A stretch of 64,000 bases of DNA from assembly GCA_965116885.1 (NCBI GenBank), contig OZ220741.1, positions 3,158,932 to 3,222,931 on the forward strand, given 5' to 3'. Under the pieces are notes generated by a model, which searched no databases, was not told where the DNA came from, and saw only the letters and a program-made list of their open reading frames with translations. Position 1 is the stretch's first letter. Every line of letters begins with the position of its first letter. Shown here in pieces: positions 55,061-64,000 of the stretch. The position numbers and the translations under genes were made by a program. This stretch comes from Candidatus Latescibacterota bacterium (GTDB lineage Bacteria > Latescibacterota > UBA2968).

Positions 55061-56449
55061 ATGTCGAATACCGATATTGCGTTAATGGCCCACCTGATGC
55101 GTCGCGCCGGGTTTGGGGCCACGAGAACAGAACTGGAGGACTATGTCGAAAAGGGCTACGAAAACGTCGTGGAGGACCTGATCGAGCCGGAGCGCTGCGA
55201 TCCGGTTGATGAGGATATTTTGCACCGTTATTTTGGCAGCTTTGAGGCGGGTTACGTCGAGAAATGGATGTATCGAATGATCCGTAGCAAGCGCCCGCTC
55301 GAAGAAAAAATGGCTCTTTTCTGGCATCACGTATTCGCCACCGGGGTGGGGAAAAATCAGCACCTTCTCGCCTCTGCTCGCCAGATCGATACTTTTCGTC
55401 GTGTGGGTCTTTCAAATATGCGAGAAATTTTGATCGAACTGTCCAAAGATCCGGCCATGATCTTCTGGCTGGACAATAACGAAAATCGCAAGGGTGAGCC
55501 TAATGAGAATTACGGCAGGGAGCTGTTGGAACTCTTCTCAATGGGCGTTGGCAATTACACAGAAGACGATATTAAGAATTGTGCCCGCGCCTTTACGGGA
55601 TGGACATTCGCACAGCCGCCGCCCCTGTATCCGCAAGGCTTTTACGATGCGAAATTCGTTTTCATTGAGGAAGACCACGATGATGAGGAAAAGACGTTCT
55701 TGGGGCATACGGGCAATTTCAATGGCGACGATATCATCGACATTATAGTCGAACAGCCTGCCTGCGCCAAATTCATATCCAGGCATCTCTATAACTTTTT
55801 TGTCACGGACGAGCCGCAGGTTCCATCCTGGCATGTGACTCCGCCGCAGGATCCCGAAGCGATTGAAATTCTGTCAAATGCTTTTATGGAGTCGAAAGGC
55901 AATATGCGCCACATCCTGAGAACGCTCTTTAACTCTGACTTCTTCAAAGACGCGCGAGGGAAAAAGGTGAAAAGTCCTACCGAACTCGTTACGGGCATTC
56001 TAAAACTGATCGGCACCTATCAGCGTCCCGATCCGGGTATGGGAAGATATTCGGGTGCTACCACGTTAATGGGGCAGAAATTGCTGGATCCTCCGACTGT
56101 GGAAGGCTGGCACACCGGCAGGGAATGGATTGATGGCGGCACGCTGACCGAGCGCGTGAATTTCGCCGTTCGCGAGGTAAGCGATGCGTCCAGGCCGGGC
56201 ATACGTGGAATCATCGATCGGCTCAAAGCCGAGGGGCGGGCACTCGCTCCTGATGAGTTCGTGGAAAAATGTCTGGATCTCGCAGGTCCTATGACCGTGA
56301 GTGATACGACCCGCGAATCTTTGAGCAAATTTGCGGAAGCAGGTGGCGATCTCGATCTATCTGCGGACAACGGATCTGGGGAGAGCACAGATCGCGTGAT
56401 ACAGATGCTGCAACTCATTGTCGCTTCGAGAGAATATCAATTTGCGTAG
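55061..56449 (+). CDS. DUF1800 family protein
   Basis: The N-terminal HLMRRAGFGAT…ELE motif and WLDNNENRKG / NENYGRELLELFSMG regions are characteristic of DUF1800. No signal peptide is present. Confidence 0.7.
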   Translation: MSNTDIALMAHLMRRAGFGATRTELEDYVEKGYENVVEDLIEPERCDPVDEDILHRYFGSFEAGYVEKWMYRMIRSKRPLEEKMALFWHHVFATGVGKNQHLLASARQIDTFRRVGLSNMREILIELSKDPAMIFWLDNNENRKGEPNENYGRELLELFSMGVGNYTEDDIKNCARAFTGWTFAQPPPLYPQGFYDAKFVFIEEDHDDEEKTFLGHTGNFNGDDIIDIIVEQPACAKFISRHLYNFFVTDEPQVPSWHVTPPQDPEAIEILSNAFMESKGNMRHILRTLFNSDFFKDARGKKVKSPTELVTGILKLIGTYQRPDPGMGRYSGATTLMGQKLLDPPTVEGWHTGREWIDGGTLTERVNFAVREVSDASRPGIRGIIDRLKAEGRALAPDEFVEKCLDLAGPMTVSDTTRESLSKFAEAGGDLDLSADNGSGESTDRVIQMLQLIVASREYQFA

Positions 56450-56470
56450 CGTTCTGAAAGGAGGAATAAA

Positions 56471-57607
56471 ATGGCTTATAGAGATCGGATCCTCGTCATT
56501 GTTGAGTTGAAGGGCGGCAATGACTTCATGAATACGATTATCCCTTATACCAACGGCATATACCACGATTGCCGGCCCATTGTGGGGCTTCGGCAGGATG
56601 AGGTTTTGCCGATGAACGACACGCTGGCCTGGCATCCCAATACGGTGCCTCTGAAGGAGATGTTTGAGCAGGGTGATGTGGCGATTGTGCAGGGTATCGG
56701 GTATCCCGATTCGAGCCGGTCGCATTTCAGGGCTATGGATGTCTGGCATACCTGTGAACCCATAGATATCGGCACTGAAGGCTGGCTGGGCAGAGTGGTT
56801 CGGGATCTGGATCCGAAGGGGGAGAATGTCTTGACGGGCATTAACTTTGGAAAAGGACTTTCCAGAGCGCTGGCTGTTTCTGGCGTTCCCGTGACATCTG
56901 TTGACGATCTCGACAATTACGGATTGATGACCAGCATCAAAGAAGACCCAAAGCGAATGCAGGCTATTGAGATATTCAAGACTATGTACGAACCCGCGAT
57001 TGGTACAGGTGTGGTGATGGATTATCTTTCGCAGACGGGCCTGGATGTCATCAGAGGTTCCGATGAGCTGAAGAAGGCTCCGGCGATGTATCAGTCCGAT
57101 ATGGAGTACGGAAGCAATTCGATTGCGAAGGCACTGAGAGATGTCGCGCGCGTTCACCTTGCCGGTCTCGGCACAAGGATCTTTTACACGCAGCACGGGG
57201 GCTATGACCACCATGCAAATGAAATGCCGTCACATCCCAAGTTGCTGACGGAGTTGTCGGAAGCAATCCGCGATTTTTTCCAGGATTTGCGAAACCACAA
57301 TGCCTCACAAGAGATTGTCATGCTCGTTTTTTCTGAGTTTGGGCGGCGTATGAGGGATAATGCCAGTGGCACTGACCACGGTACAGGTGGCGGTGCATTT
57401 ATCATCGGTGATGGTGTGAATGGCGGGTTATACGCAGAATATCCCTCTCTTGACCCATCTCGATGGGCCAATGGCGAAGACCTTGAGCATACAATTGACT
57501 TCCGCGGCATATACGCAACGCTCCTGGAGCAATGGATGGGAATGGATGCCACTCCGATTGTGGATGGGACATTTGAACAGATCCAGCCTTTCAAAGAGGC
57601 CGTGTGA
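56471..57607 (+). CDS. DUF1501 family protein (alkaline-phosphatase/sulfatase-like fold)
   Basis: The hallmark motifs RILVIVELKGGNDFMNT, SRSHF, DVWHT and FSEFGRR…GTDHG are present. It begins directly with the mature domain, with no Tat/Sec signal, 21 bp after the DUF1800 stop. Confidence 0.75.
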   Translation: MAYRDRILVIVELKGGNDFMNTIIPYTNGIYHDCRPIVGLRQDEVLPMNDTLAWHPNTVPLKEMFEQGDVAIVQGIGYPDSSRSHFRAMDVWHTCEPIDIGTEGWLGRVVRDLDPKGENVLTGINFGKGLSRALAVSGVPVTSVDDLDNYGLMTSIKEDPKRMQAIEIFKTMYEPAIGTGVVMDYLSQTGLDVIRGSDELKKAPAMYQSDMEYGSNSIAKALRDVARVHLAGLGTRIFYTQHGGYDHHANEMPSHPKLLTELSEAIRDFFQDLRNHNASQEIVMLVFSEFGRRMRDNASGTDHGTGGGAFIIGDGVNGGLYAEYPSLDPSRWANGEDLEHTIDFRGIYATLLEQWMGMDATPIVDGTFEQIQPFKEAV

Positions 57608-57627
57608 TAATGAAAGGGAGGTGAATC

Positions 57628-58623
57628 ATGGGCAGACCTTATGGCCTGTTGCGGGCAGGGTTTCCATTTTACAAGACTTTGGGTATGAGGCGGCTGACGA
57701 ATTTTCCGATCGATATTGCTCTGGGCGAGGAAGGCTGTCTCTACATATTGTGTCGGAACAGAGATGCATCGACGATCAGGAAGTACCATATCGATGACAA
57801 AGACCTGGGTACCGTTGGCCGTGGGCTTACGTGGGCGGTTTCAATTATTGCCGATAGCGAGGAGAATCTCTATGTCTCCGACGAGGCCGTGCATTGTATT
57901 TTGTCTTTCGACAAAGATGGCAAAGAGTTGGGGAAATGGGGTGAGTACGGCGATGGCGATGGACAACTGAACGGTCCGGCGGGTATCGCCTTCGATGCAG
58001 AAGAGAATATCTATGTTGCTGACAGCCTGAACCACAGAGTCCAGAAGTTTACCAAAGATGGTGAATTTATCTCAAAGTGGGGGAAGTTTGGCGATGGGGA
58101 GGGCGAGTTTAACATGCCCTGGGGGCTTACAGTGGATGAACTGGGCGATGTTTATGTCGCAGATTGGCGGAATGACAGAATTCAGAAGTTCACTGGTGAT
58201 GGAGAGTTTATCTTCGCGTTCGGGAAGTCGGGTAGCGGAAATGGGGATCTAAATAGGCCGACCGGTGTGGCCGTAGATGAGCATGGCGATATTTATGTTT
58301 CGGACTCGGGAAATGACCGGGTACAATTGTTCAATTCCGAGTCGAGGTACGTGCAGAAATTCCTGGGGGATGCAACCCTGTCAACGGTCGCAATTGAATA
58401 TATGATGACAAATGCCGGTCCAAATCGCCTGAGGGATATGGCAGACCTCGAGCCGCAAAAGTACTTTCGACGTCCGGGAGGGGTGGCTGTCAATGGAGAT
58501 GGACTGATGTTTGTAGCGGACAATGGCTCCTATCGGGTGCAGGTCTATCAGAAGCAGGCTGTCCCGCTTACGGAAGAGCAATTTTCCGCGCCGAGACGTT
58601 CGCCTACACTTCACCAGGAATAG
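57628..58623 (+). CDS. NHL-repeat beta-propeller protein
   Basis: At least five NHL repeats are present (…GDGDGQLNGPAGIAFDAEENIYVADSLNHRVQKF…, …GEFNMPWGLTVDELGDVYVADWRNDRIQKF…). No signal peptide is present. Confidence 0.75.
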   Translation: MGRPYGLLRAGFPFYKTLGMRRLTNFPIDIALGEEGCLYILCRNRDASTIRKYHIDDKDLGTVGRGLTWAVSIIADSEENLYVSDEAVHCILSFDKDGKELGKWGEYGDGDGQLNGPAGIAFDAEENIYVADSLNHRVQKFTKDGEFISKWGKFGDGEGEFNMPWGLTVDELGDVYVADWRNDRIQKFTGDGEFIFAFGKSGSGNGDLNRPTGVAVDEHGDIYVSDSGNDRVQLFNSESRYVQKFLGDATLSTVAIEYMMTNAGPNRLRDMADLEPQKYFRRPGGVAVNGDGLMFVADNGSYRVQVYQKQAVPLTEEQFSAPRRSPTLHQE

Positions 58624-58692
58624 GTTGAACGCGTCGAATACAGAGGCCCTCATTTTTCGCTGGGGGCTATTTTTTATGACTTCTTACCCTGT

Positions 58693-60669
58693 GTGCAAAC
58701 AATGAGCAATCCTTTACAAGCACACCTGTTATCTTCGAGAGAGCGAGAGCCATCGGTGCGCCCGGGCGCTATTGGCCTGGGGGTAGTGCTCACATTTTGC
58801 ATCAACGGTTTCGACCCTATTTCCCGCTACTTGATCCACTCTTCCTCGTTCACACACAGCCAAATGCCCTTTGCCTTGCTGGTGGGGATTCTGCTCCTGG
58901 GCTATCTCTACAATCCCCTCGTTCGAAGGCGATTTCCCCACCTCGCTTTGACGCGGCGGGATATGGCTGCCGTGCTCGCTATTGGGTTTCTCGGCACAAC
59001 AGTGCCCACCCTCGCCCAGCGATTTGTAGCCGTGATCTCGGCTCCGGATTACTACGCTTCTCCGGAAAATGAATGGCCCACCTACACGCTGCCCAACCTG
59101 CAGCGCTGGTTGTTCCCCAGCAATGCCGGAGATGGCGTTGGAATGTTCTATCGCGGGCTGGTTCCCGGTGTGCCTTTGCCCTGGGAGATATGGGTTGGTC
59201 CGATCTTCTGGTGGTTCAGTCTGCTCATTGCGATCATGCTGGCCTGTTTTTGTCTCTCAGTCATTTTGAGAAAACAGTGGTCGGAAAGCGAGCGTCTGGC
59301 ATTTCCCTTTGTCGAGCTTTCGCTGATGCTGGTAGAGAATCCCGGTCCCAGACGAAACCTGCCTCAATTTTTCGGCCTGCCCCTTTTCTGGATCGGGTTT
59401 GCGATTCCGGCAATTATGCTTTTTTGGAATACAGCAGGCCACTTCTTTCCGGGCCTTCCCACATTCGCGTTTCTCAATATTAGAACACTGCTCCCCATCG
59501 GACGGGGATTTATGCCTTTCTTTCTCCAGTTCGATTTCTACGTCATTTGTTTCGCGTATTTCACCACCCTGGAAATTCTCTTGTCGATGTGGCTTTTCCA
59601 CATTTTGGGCATGTTGCAGGCAGGCATTTCCAACCGTATCGGGTTTGGTCCAAGAGGCTATGGTTCGGGGGTGATCTCTCAGAACAATTACGGCCTGATG
59701 GTTTTTGTGCTGTGGAGCCTCTGGATCGCACGCGGTCACATCCGCGATGTCTGGCGCAAAGCAATTGGAAAAGGCCGCGAGGTAGATGATTCGAGTGAAC
59801 TGCTCTCCTATCGCACAGCAACCTTCGGTTTCGTCCTTGCCAGCCTTTTCATCTTTTTTTGGCTCTGCAAAACCCGGATGAATCCGGGGGTGGCCGTGGC
59901 ATTTATGTTTTTTAGCCTGATTCTCTATTTGGGGATGGCCAAGATCGTGGCGCTCAGCGGATTGGTGTCTTTACGGGGTTCGGGACCTACCGGACCCGTT
60001 AAGGGATTGATCGGTATCTGGAATATGGATGATACGACGATTGCGGCTCTGAACCAGATGGGCACGCTTTACGGCAATGCAAAGGGATTTGCGATGCCAG
60101 GTGCGGTGAATGCCGCCAGGGCTGGCGACCACACCGATCCTCAAAGACGCCGATTGGGAGGGGCAATTCTCATTGGCGGAATTCTATCAATTTTCGCCTT
60201 TGTGATTACTACCCTTATTCTGGGTTATTACGGGCCGGGAGCTGAGAATTTTGGAGATTACAGTTATACGCGAGGCAGCCGGGCCTTTTTTAATTATACT
60301 GTTTCGGATATCAAAGGGCGTCCAGATGCTGAAAGGCAGTGGTGGGACCTGGGCTTCGGAACCTTCGGAGCAGCGATGACTCTGCTGCTGATTTTTCTGA
60401 ACCAGCGGTTTTCCTGGTGGCCTCTGCACCCGGTGGGATTCACCGTTTCCCTCCAGTATCCCACCCGCGCGTCCTTTTTTTCGGTATTTATCGCCTGGCT
60501 GATGAAAATAATTGTTCTCAAAGTCGGCGGTATTGAGCTTTTTAACCGCTCTCGTGTTTTTATTTTTGGCGTCCTCATGGGCTATACGCTGGGTGTTCTG
60601 GTTTCTTTTGTTCTGGATATTTTCTTTTTTTTGGGGCAAGGCCACCGCATGCACACACCGCCGCTGTAA
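58693..60669 (+). CDS. Large polytopic integral membrane protein of unknown function (about 14 TM)
   Basis: 658 aa with many hydrophobic segments rich in aromatics (WWFSLLIAIML…, FWIGFAIPAIMLFW…). It lies 69 bp downstream of the NHL gene and is followed by a terminator. Confidence 0.6.
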   Translation: MQTMSNPLQAHLLSSREREPSVRPGAIGLGVVLTFCINGFDPISRYLIHSSSFTHSQMPFALLVGILLLGYLYNPLVRRRFPHLALTRRDMAAVLAIGFLGTTVPTLAQRFVAVISAPDYYASPENEWPTYTLPNLQRWLFPSNAGDGVGMFYRGLVPGVPLPWEIWVGPIFWWFSLLIAIMLACFCLSVILRKQWSESERLAFPFVELSLMLVENPGPRRNLPQFFGLPLFWIGFAIPAIMLFWNTAGHFFPGLPTFAFLNIRTLLPIGRGFMPFFLQFDFYVICFAYFTTLEILLSMWLFHILGMLQAGISNRIGFGPRGYGSGVISQNNYGLMVFVLWSLWIARGHIRDVWRKAIGKGREVDDSSELLSYRTATFGFVLASLFIFFWLCKTRMNPGVAVAFMFFSLILYLGMAKIVALSGLVSLRGSGPTGPVKGLIGIWNMDDTTIAALNQMGTLYGNAKGFAMPGAVNAARAGDHTDPQRRRLGGAILIGGILSIFAFVITTLILGYYGPGAENFGDYSYTRGSRAFFNYTVSDIKGRPDAERQWWDLGFGTFGAAMTLLLIFLNQRFSWWPLHPVGFTVSLQYPTRASFFSVFIAWLMKIIVLKVGGIELFNRSRVFIFGVLMGYTLGVLVSFVLDIFFFLGQGHRMHTPPL

Positions 60670-60682
60670 TAAGTAGAGCCAT

Positions 60683-60726
60683 AAAAAAAGCGGAGAAATC
60701 CAGTAGATTTCTCCGCTCTCTTTTTA
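60683..60726. terminator. Bidirectional intrinsic terminator: gcggagaaat-ccagtag-atttctccgc flanked by aaaaaaa and tctcttttt
   Basis: A perfect 10-bp stem with A and T tracts lies between the convergent membrane-protein gene and cox subunit IV. Confidence 0.6.
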
Positions 60727-60738
60727 TCTGTGATATTG

Positions 60739-61055
60739 TTACTGCAAATAGTGGCTCGCCGGCATGCCCAACCAGCCGCGACTGACGTAATCTGCCATTG
60801 CAAAGGCAAATAGGATCAGCAAGAACAGGATGCCTGCACCTGCGAGCAACCAGGTCAATCGGCTGGCGTATTTGACGTGCATAAAAAACAGAATCACAAT
60901 CGTGGCTTTTGTGCAGGCGATACCCAGTGCTACCACGTCATTAAACATGCCCAATTCTTGATAAGCCACCCAAACCGTTAGCGCGGTTAAAAACATCAAG
61001 GAGGCAAATACCGCCAGATAAATGCGTACAGTCGGGCCGTGGTGATCATCAGCCA
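60739..61055 (-). CDS. Cytochrome c oxidase subunit IV (caa3-type, small 3-TM subunit)
   Basis: This 105-aa hydrophobic protein begins MADDHHGPTVRIYLAVFASLMFLTAL. It sits immediately after subunit III in the cox operon, and the ORF-track start 61131 is an upstream extension. Confidence 0.5.
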
Positions 61056-61727
61056 TCAGTGTCCTCCCTGTAAGCCGAGAAGATAGAGCAGTGGAAATAG
61101 GAAGATCCAGACAATATCGACAAAGTGCCAATACAGACCAAATATTTCAATAGGGGCGTTGTATTCAGCCGTGTACGTCCCCTGTGCAGTTTTAACAAAT
61201 ACCCAGATCAACAGGCCAATACCAATAATCATATGCAGGGCATGCATTCCGGTCATTCCGAAATACAGAGAATAGAAGAGAGCCAGTTGGGGCGAGTTTT
61301 CACCGTGCGGATGCCAGGCCAGGCCGGGGACCAAACCGTACTCGATTTTTGCGGAGTATTCAAAATATTTGACCACCAAAAAGGTAAGCCCTAAGATTCC
61401 GGTCAGAGTCAGATAGACCAGTATCCCTCTTTTATTGCCTTCATGCGACTTGTGTACAGCCATCGCCATTGTCAGGCTGCTGACAATCAATACTATGGTA
61501 TTAAATGCTCCCAGAGGAATATCCAGGTGACTACTGCCTTCAAAAAATGCCTCGGGATAATAGGAACGGTAGATCAGATACGTCGCAAAAAAGCCGCCGA
61601 AAAACAAAATTTCTGTGATCAGAAAGCTCCACATGCCAATGACAGCGGATTCTTTCTGTTGCGGCATATCCTCGAACTGGTGAGCCAGTCCGTGCGGGTG
61701 ATCGTGATGTAGTGCGTGATCGGCCAT
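61056..61727 (-). CDS. coxC: Cytochrome c oxidase subunit III
   Basis: Conserved subunit III helices are present (…GMWSFLITEILFFGGFF…, YWHFVD). Confidence 0.85.
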   Translation of the reverse strand: MADHALHHDHPHGLAHQFEDMPQQKESAVIGMWSFLITEILFFGGFFATYLIYRSYYPEAFFEGSSHLDIPLGAFNTIVLIVSSLTMAMAVHKSHEGNKRGILVYLTLTGILGLTFLVVKYFEYSAKIEYGLVPGLAWHPHGENSPQLALFYSLYFGMTGMHALHMIIGIGLLIWVFVKTAQGTYTAEYNAPIEIFGLYWHFVDIVWIFLFPLLYLLGLQGGH

Positions 61728-63358
61728 TAGTGCTCCTCAATTGGTCCGTACTCATAGGCTTCTTCTGTCACGAGAGGCGTTTCTTCAAAATTAAATGTGG
61801 GCGGTGGGGAAGTCGTTTCCCACTCCAGGCCTTTGGCGCCCCAGGGGTTATCAGGTGCTTTTGGTCCCTTAAAAATTGACCATGTCAAATACGCGCCGGG
61901 AACCAGATACCCCAGAGCCAGAATTGACGCGCCCAGAGACGATGCCACATTCAAGACCTGAAATTCGTCGGGATAGACGTGATAACGCCTCGGCATGCCC
62001 ATATACCCCAGAATGAACTGTGGGAAAAACGTCAGATTAAAACCGAGAAATACCAGCAGGGCCGAAACGCGGCCCCAAATATCGGGAAACATTTTACCCG
62101 TAATTTTCGGCCACCAGAAGTGCATGCCCCCCAGATATCCCATCACCTGGCCGCCAACCATAATATAATGGAAGTGCGCGACCACAAAATACGTGTCGTG
62201 CAGGTGAATGTCCAGGCCCATACTCGACAAAAACAGTCCGGTTAAACCACCAACCAAAAACAAACCGAGATACCCATATACGTAAAACATTGAGGTATCA
62301 TATACAATTGACCCTTTGTATAAGGTCGCTGTCCAGTTGAATGTTTTGATCGCAGAGGGCACTGCTACGAGAAATGTGATGATGGAGAACACCATGCCGG
62401 CATACGTCGATTGGCTGCTCACAAACATGTGGTGTCCCCATACCAGGAAGCCCAAAATTGCAATGGCTACACTTGAGAACGCGACAAATTCATATCCAAA
62501 GACGCGCTTGCGCGCAACAGCAGCCACCATTTCGCTCATCACGCCCATTGAAGGCAAGATCATGATATAAACGGCTGGATGCGAATAGAACCAGAACAAA
62601 TGCTGGAACAAAACGGGATCGCCACCGAGGTTCGGATCGAAAAACCCAAATCCAAATCCGCGTTCGAGCATGAGCAGCACCAGCGTAATTGCGATAACGG
62701 GTGTGCCCAATAACATAATCAAACTGGTGGCATAATGCGACCAGACAAACAGCGGCAGGCGGAACCAGGTCATCCCTGGCGCGCGCATGGTGTGGATCGT
62801 CACCACAAAGTTGAGTCCCGTCAGAATGGACGAGAAACCCGCCATAAAAGCGGCCATAGCGGCCAGAATCACATTTGAGTTTGAATAAGTGCTACTATAC
62901 GGCGTATAAAAAGTCCAACCCGTATCAACGCCGCCACCGACTACGGCAATTGTTCCCAAAATCCCCGCAACGACATAAACATACCAACTCAAGAGATTGA
63001 TGCGCGGAAAAGCCAGATCTTTTGCGCCGACCATTATGGGGACTAAAAAGTTGCCAATGGTTGCGGGAATGGACGGCACCAGAAAGAAAAAGACCATGAT
63101 GATGCCGTGCATTGAGAAAACTTTGTTATAAGTATCCGAAGACATCAAATCGCCTTCGGGGGTCATCAGTTCAAAGCGAACCAGACTGGCAAATAACCCG
63201 CCCAGAGCGAAAAAGATAGAAATTGAAATAATGTACAAAACGGCAATGCGCTTGTGGTCCCTGGTTAACAGCCAGGACTTCAAGCCATAACCGTTATTCA
63301 GATAATTGACGCTCGGCGCATCTTCAGACGCTTGAACATCTTGCTCGGTGATTGCCAT
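61727..63358 (-). CDS. coxA: Cytochrome c oxidase subunit I (heme-copper oxidase catalytic subunit)
   Basis: The conserved [14 protein letters not shown] and the HHMF… His ligands are present in a 543-aa, 12-TM protein. Confidence 0.9.
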   Translation of the reverse strand: MAITEQDVQASEDAPSVNYLNNGYGLKSWLLTRDHKRIAVLYIISISIFFALGGLFASLVRFELMTPEGDLMSSDTYNKVFSMHGIIMVFFFLVPSIPATIGNFLVPIMVGAKDLAFPRINLLSWYVYVVAGILGTIAVVGGGVDTGWTFYTPYSSTYSNSNVILAAMAAFMAGFSSILTGLNFVVTIHTMRAPGMTWFRLPLFVWSHYATSLIMLLGTPVIAITLVLLMLERGFGFGFFDPNLGGDPVLFQHLFWFYSHPAVYIMILPSMGVMSEMVAAVARKRVFGYEFVAFSSVAIAILGFLVWGHHMFVSSQSTYAGMVFSIITFLVAVPSAIKTFNWTATLYKGSIVYDTSMFYVYGYLGLFLVGGLTGLFLSSMGLDIHLHDTYFVVAHFHYIMVGGQVMGYLGGMHFWWPKITGKMFPDIWGRVSALLVFLGFNLTFFPQFILGYMGMPRRYHVYPDEFQVLNVASSLGASILALGYLVPGAYLTWSIFKGPKAPDNPWGAKGLEWETTSPPPTFNFEETPLVTEEAYEYGPIEEH

Positions 63359-63364
63359 GACGCA

Positions 63365-64000
63365 TCACTCCATACTCGTGAGTTCGGGGGCTTTCAGCGA
63401 TTTGATATAGGCGATTAACTGAATGATTCCTTCTTCGCTGATCTGACCTTTGAAAGTTGGCATAATGGGTTTGTATCCGGCCATGATCTTGGCGGAAGGG
63501 TTCAGAATCGATTCCCGAATATAGGCTTCGTCAACCAATGCAGTACCGCCGCCTTCCAGAGCCACTGTTTTTCCAAAGAGACCCGCCAGAGATGGACCGC
63601 GTCCTGTCCCGTCCGTCTTGTGGCAGGTATGACAGGCGTATTGTTCAAATAATCTTTCTCCGGCCACTTCCATTGGCTCATTCGCAGTCCCACCAGTCAA
63701 CCAGGCCTCGTAATCTTGAGGCTCCAGAACGTGTACTGTACCAATCATACGCGAATGCTCGGTGCCGCAAAATTCGGCGCAAAACAGATGATACGAACCG
63801 ACCTGCGTCGCTTTAAACCACAAATTGGTATATCGCCCGGGCACCACATCCTTTTTGACGCGGAATGCGGGAATATAAAAGCTGTGCAACACATCTTCTG
63901 ATGTCATGGTCAAGCGCACCGATTCACCCAGTGGCACGTGTAATTCGTTAATCTCTTTTTTCCCTTCAGGATGTTGCAATTTCCACATCCACTGTTTGCC
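63365..64000 (-). CDS. coxB: Cytochrome c oxidase subunit II with fused C-terminal cytochrome c domain (caa3-type); N-terminus beyond window end
   Basis: The CuA site [13 protein letters not shown] and the heme-c motif CHTCH are present. The ORF is still open at the window edge. Confidence 0.85.
   Translation of the reverse strand, partial: GKQWMWKLQHPEGKKEINELHVPLGESVRLTMTSEDVLHSFYIPAFRVKKDVVPGRYTNLWFKATQVGSYHLFCAEFCGTEHSRMIGTVHVLEPQDYEAWLTGGTANEPMEVAGERLFEQYACHTCHKTDGTGRGPSLAGLFGKTVALEGGGTALVDEAYIRESILNPSAKIMAGYKPIMPTFKGQISEEGIIQLIAYIKSLKAPELTSME

Noticed and set aside
1-64000. CRISPR arrays, rRNA/tRNA genes, transposases/integrases
   Set aside because: No short interspaced direct-repeat arrays and no tRNA-like cloverleaf candidates were found in intergenic regions. 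No DDE/tyrosine-recombinase-like ORFs were found. The only tandem repeats are coding (dockerin, poly-Pro) or the two 110-bp elements already reported.

Overview
This is a 64-kb chromosomal window at roughly 50% GC with Shine-Dalgarno-type RBSs, from a diderm bacterium (outer-membrane beta-barrels, LolA-like proteins and RND/MFP efflux are present). The gene content is glycan-catabolism-rich: three sulfatases, five Gfo/Idh/MocA oxidoreductases, two xylose-isomerase-like TIM barrels, MDR dehydrogenases, an O-acetylesterase, amidohydrolase-2 lactonase-like proteins and HpcH aldolases. I find about 60 CDS and no rRNA, tRNA, CRISPR, transposase or integrase. The left edge carries a 5'-truncated RND lipid-exporter module. 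Next comes a minus-strand operon (oxygenase-like protein, MFP, AcrB-type RND pump, cytochrome P450) bracketed by two ~110-bp direct repeats that each carry a bidirectional terminator hairpin. The middle holds housekeeping genes (manC-like, nadA, mraY, hisI, prs, GNAT). hisI is preceded by a His-rich leader ORF and an intrinsic terminator abutting the hisI RBS, a candidate attenuator. The middle also holds several OMPs, a dockerin-bearing secreted protein, a 10-kb co-directional sugar-oxidation gene run, an orphan sugar-binding protein, two type II TA loci next to a 580-bp unexplained spacer and an orphan HicB, and a second sugar-oxidation operon. The right side carries a four-gene operon (DUF1800, DUF1501, NHL-repeat protein, 658-aa polytopic membrane protein), all lacking export signals. 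A caa3-type cytochrome c oxidase operon (subunits II, I, III, IV) is truncated at the window end. The most novel candidates are the signal-less DUF1800/DUF1501/NHL/membrane-protein operon and the repeat-flanked oxygenase/efflux/P450 operon.
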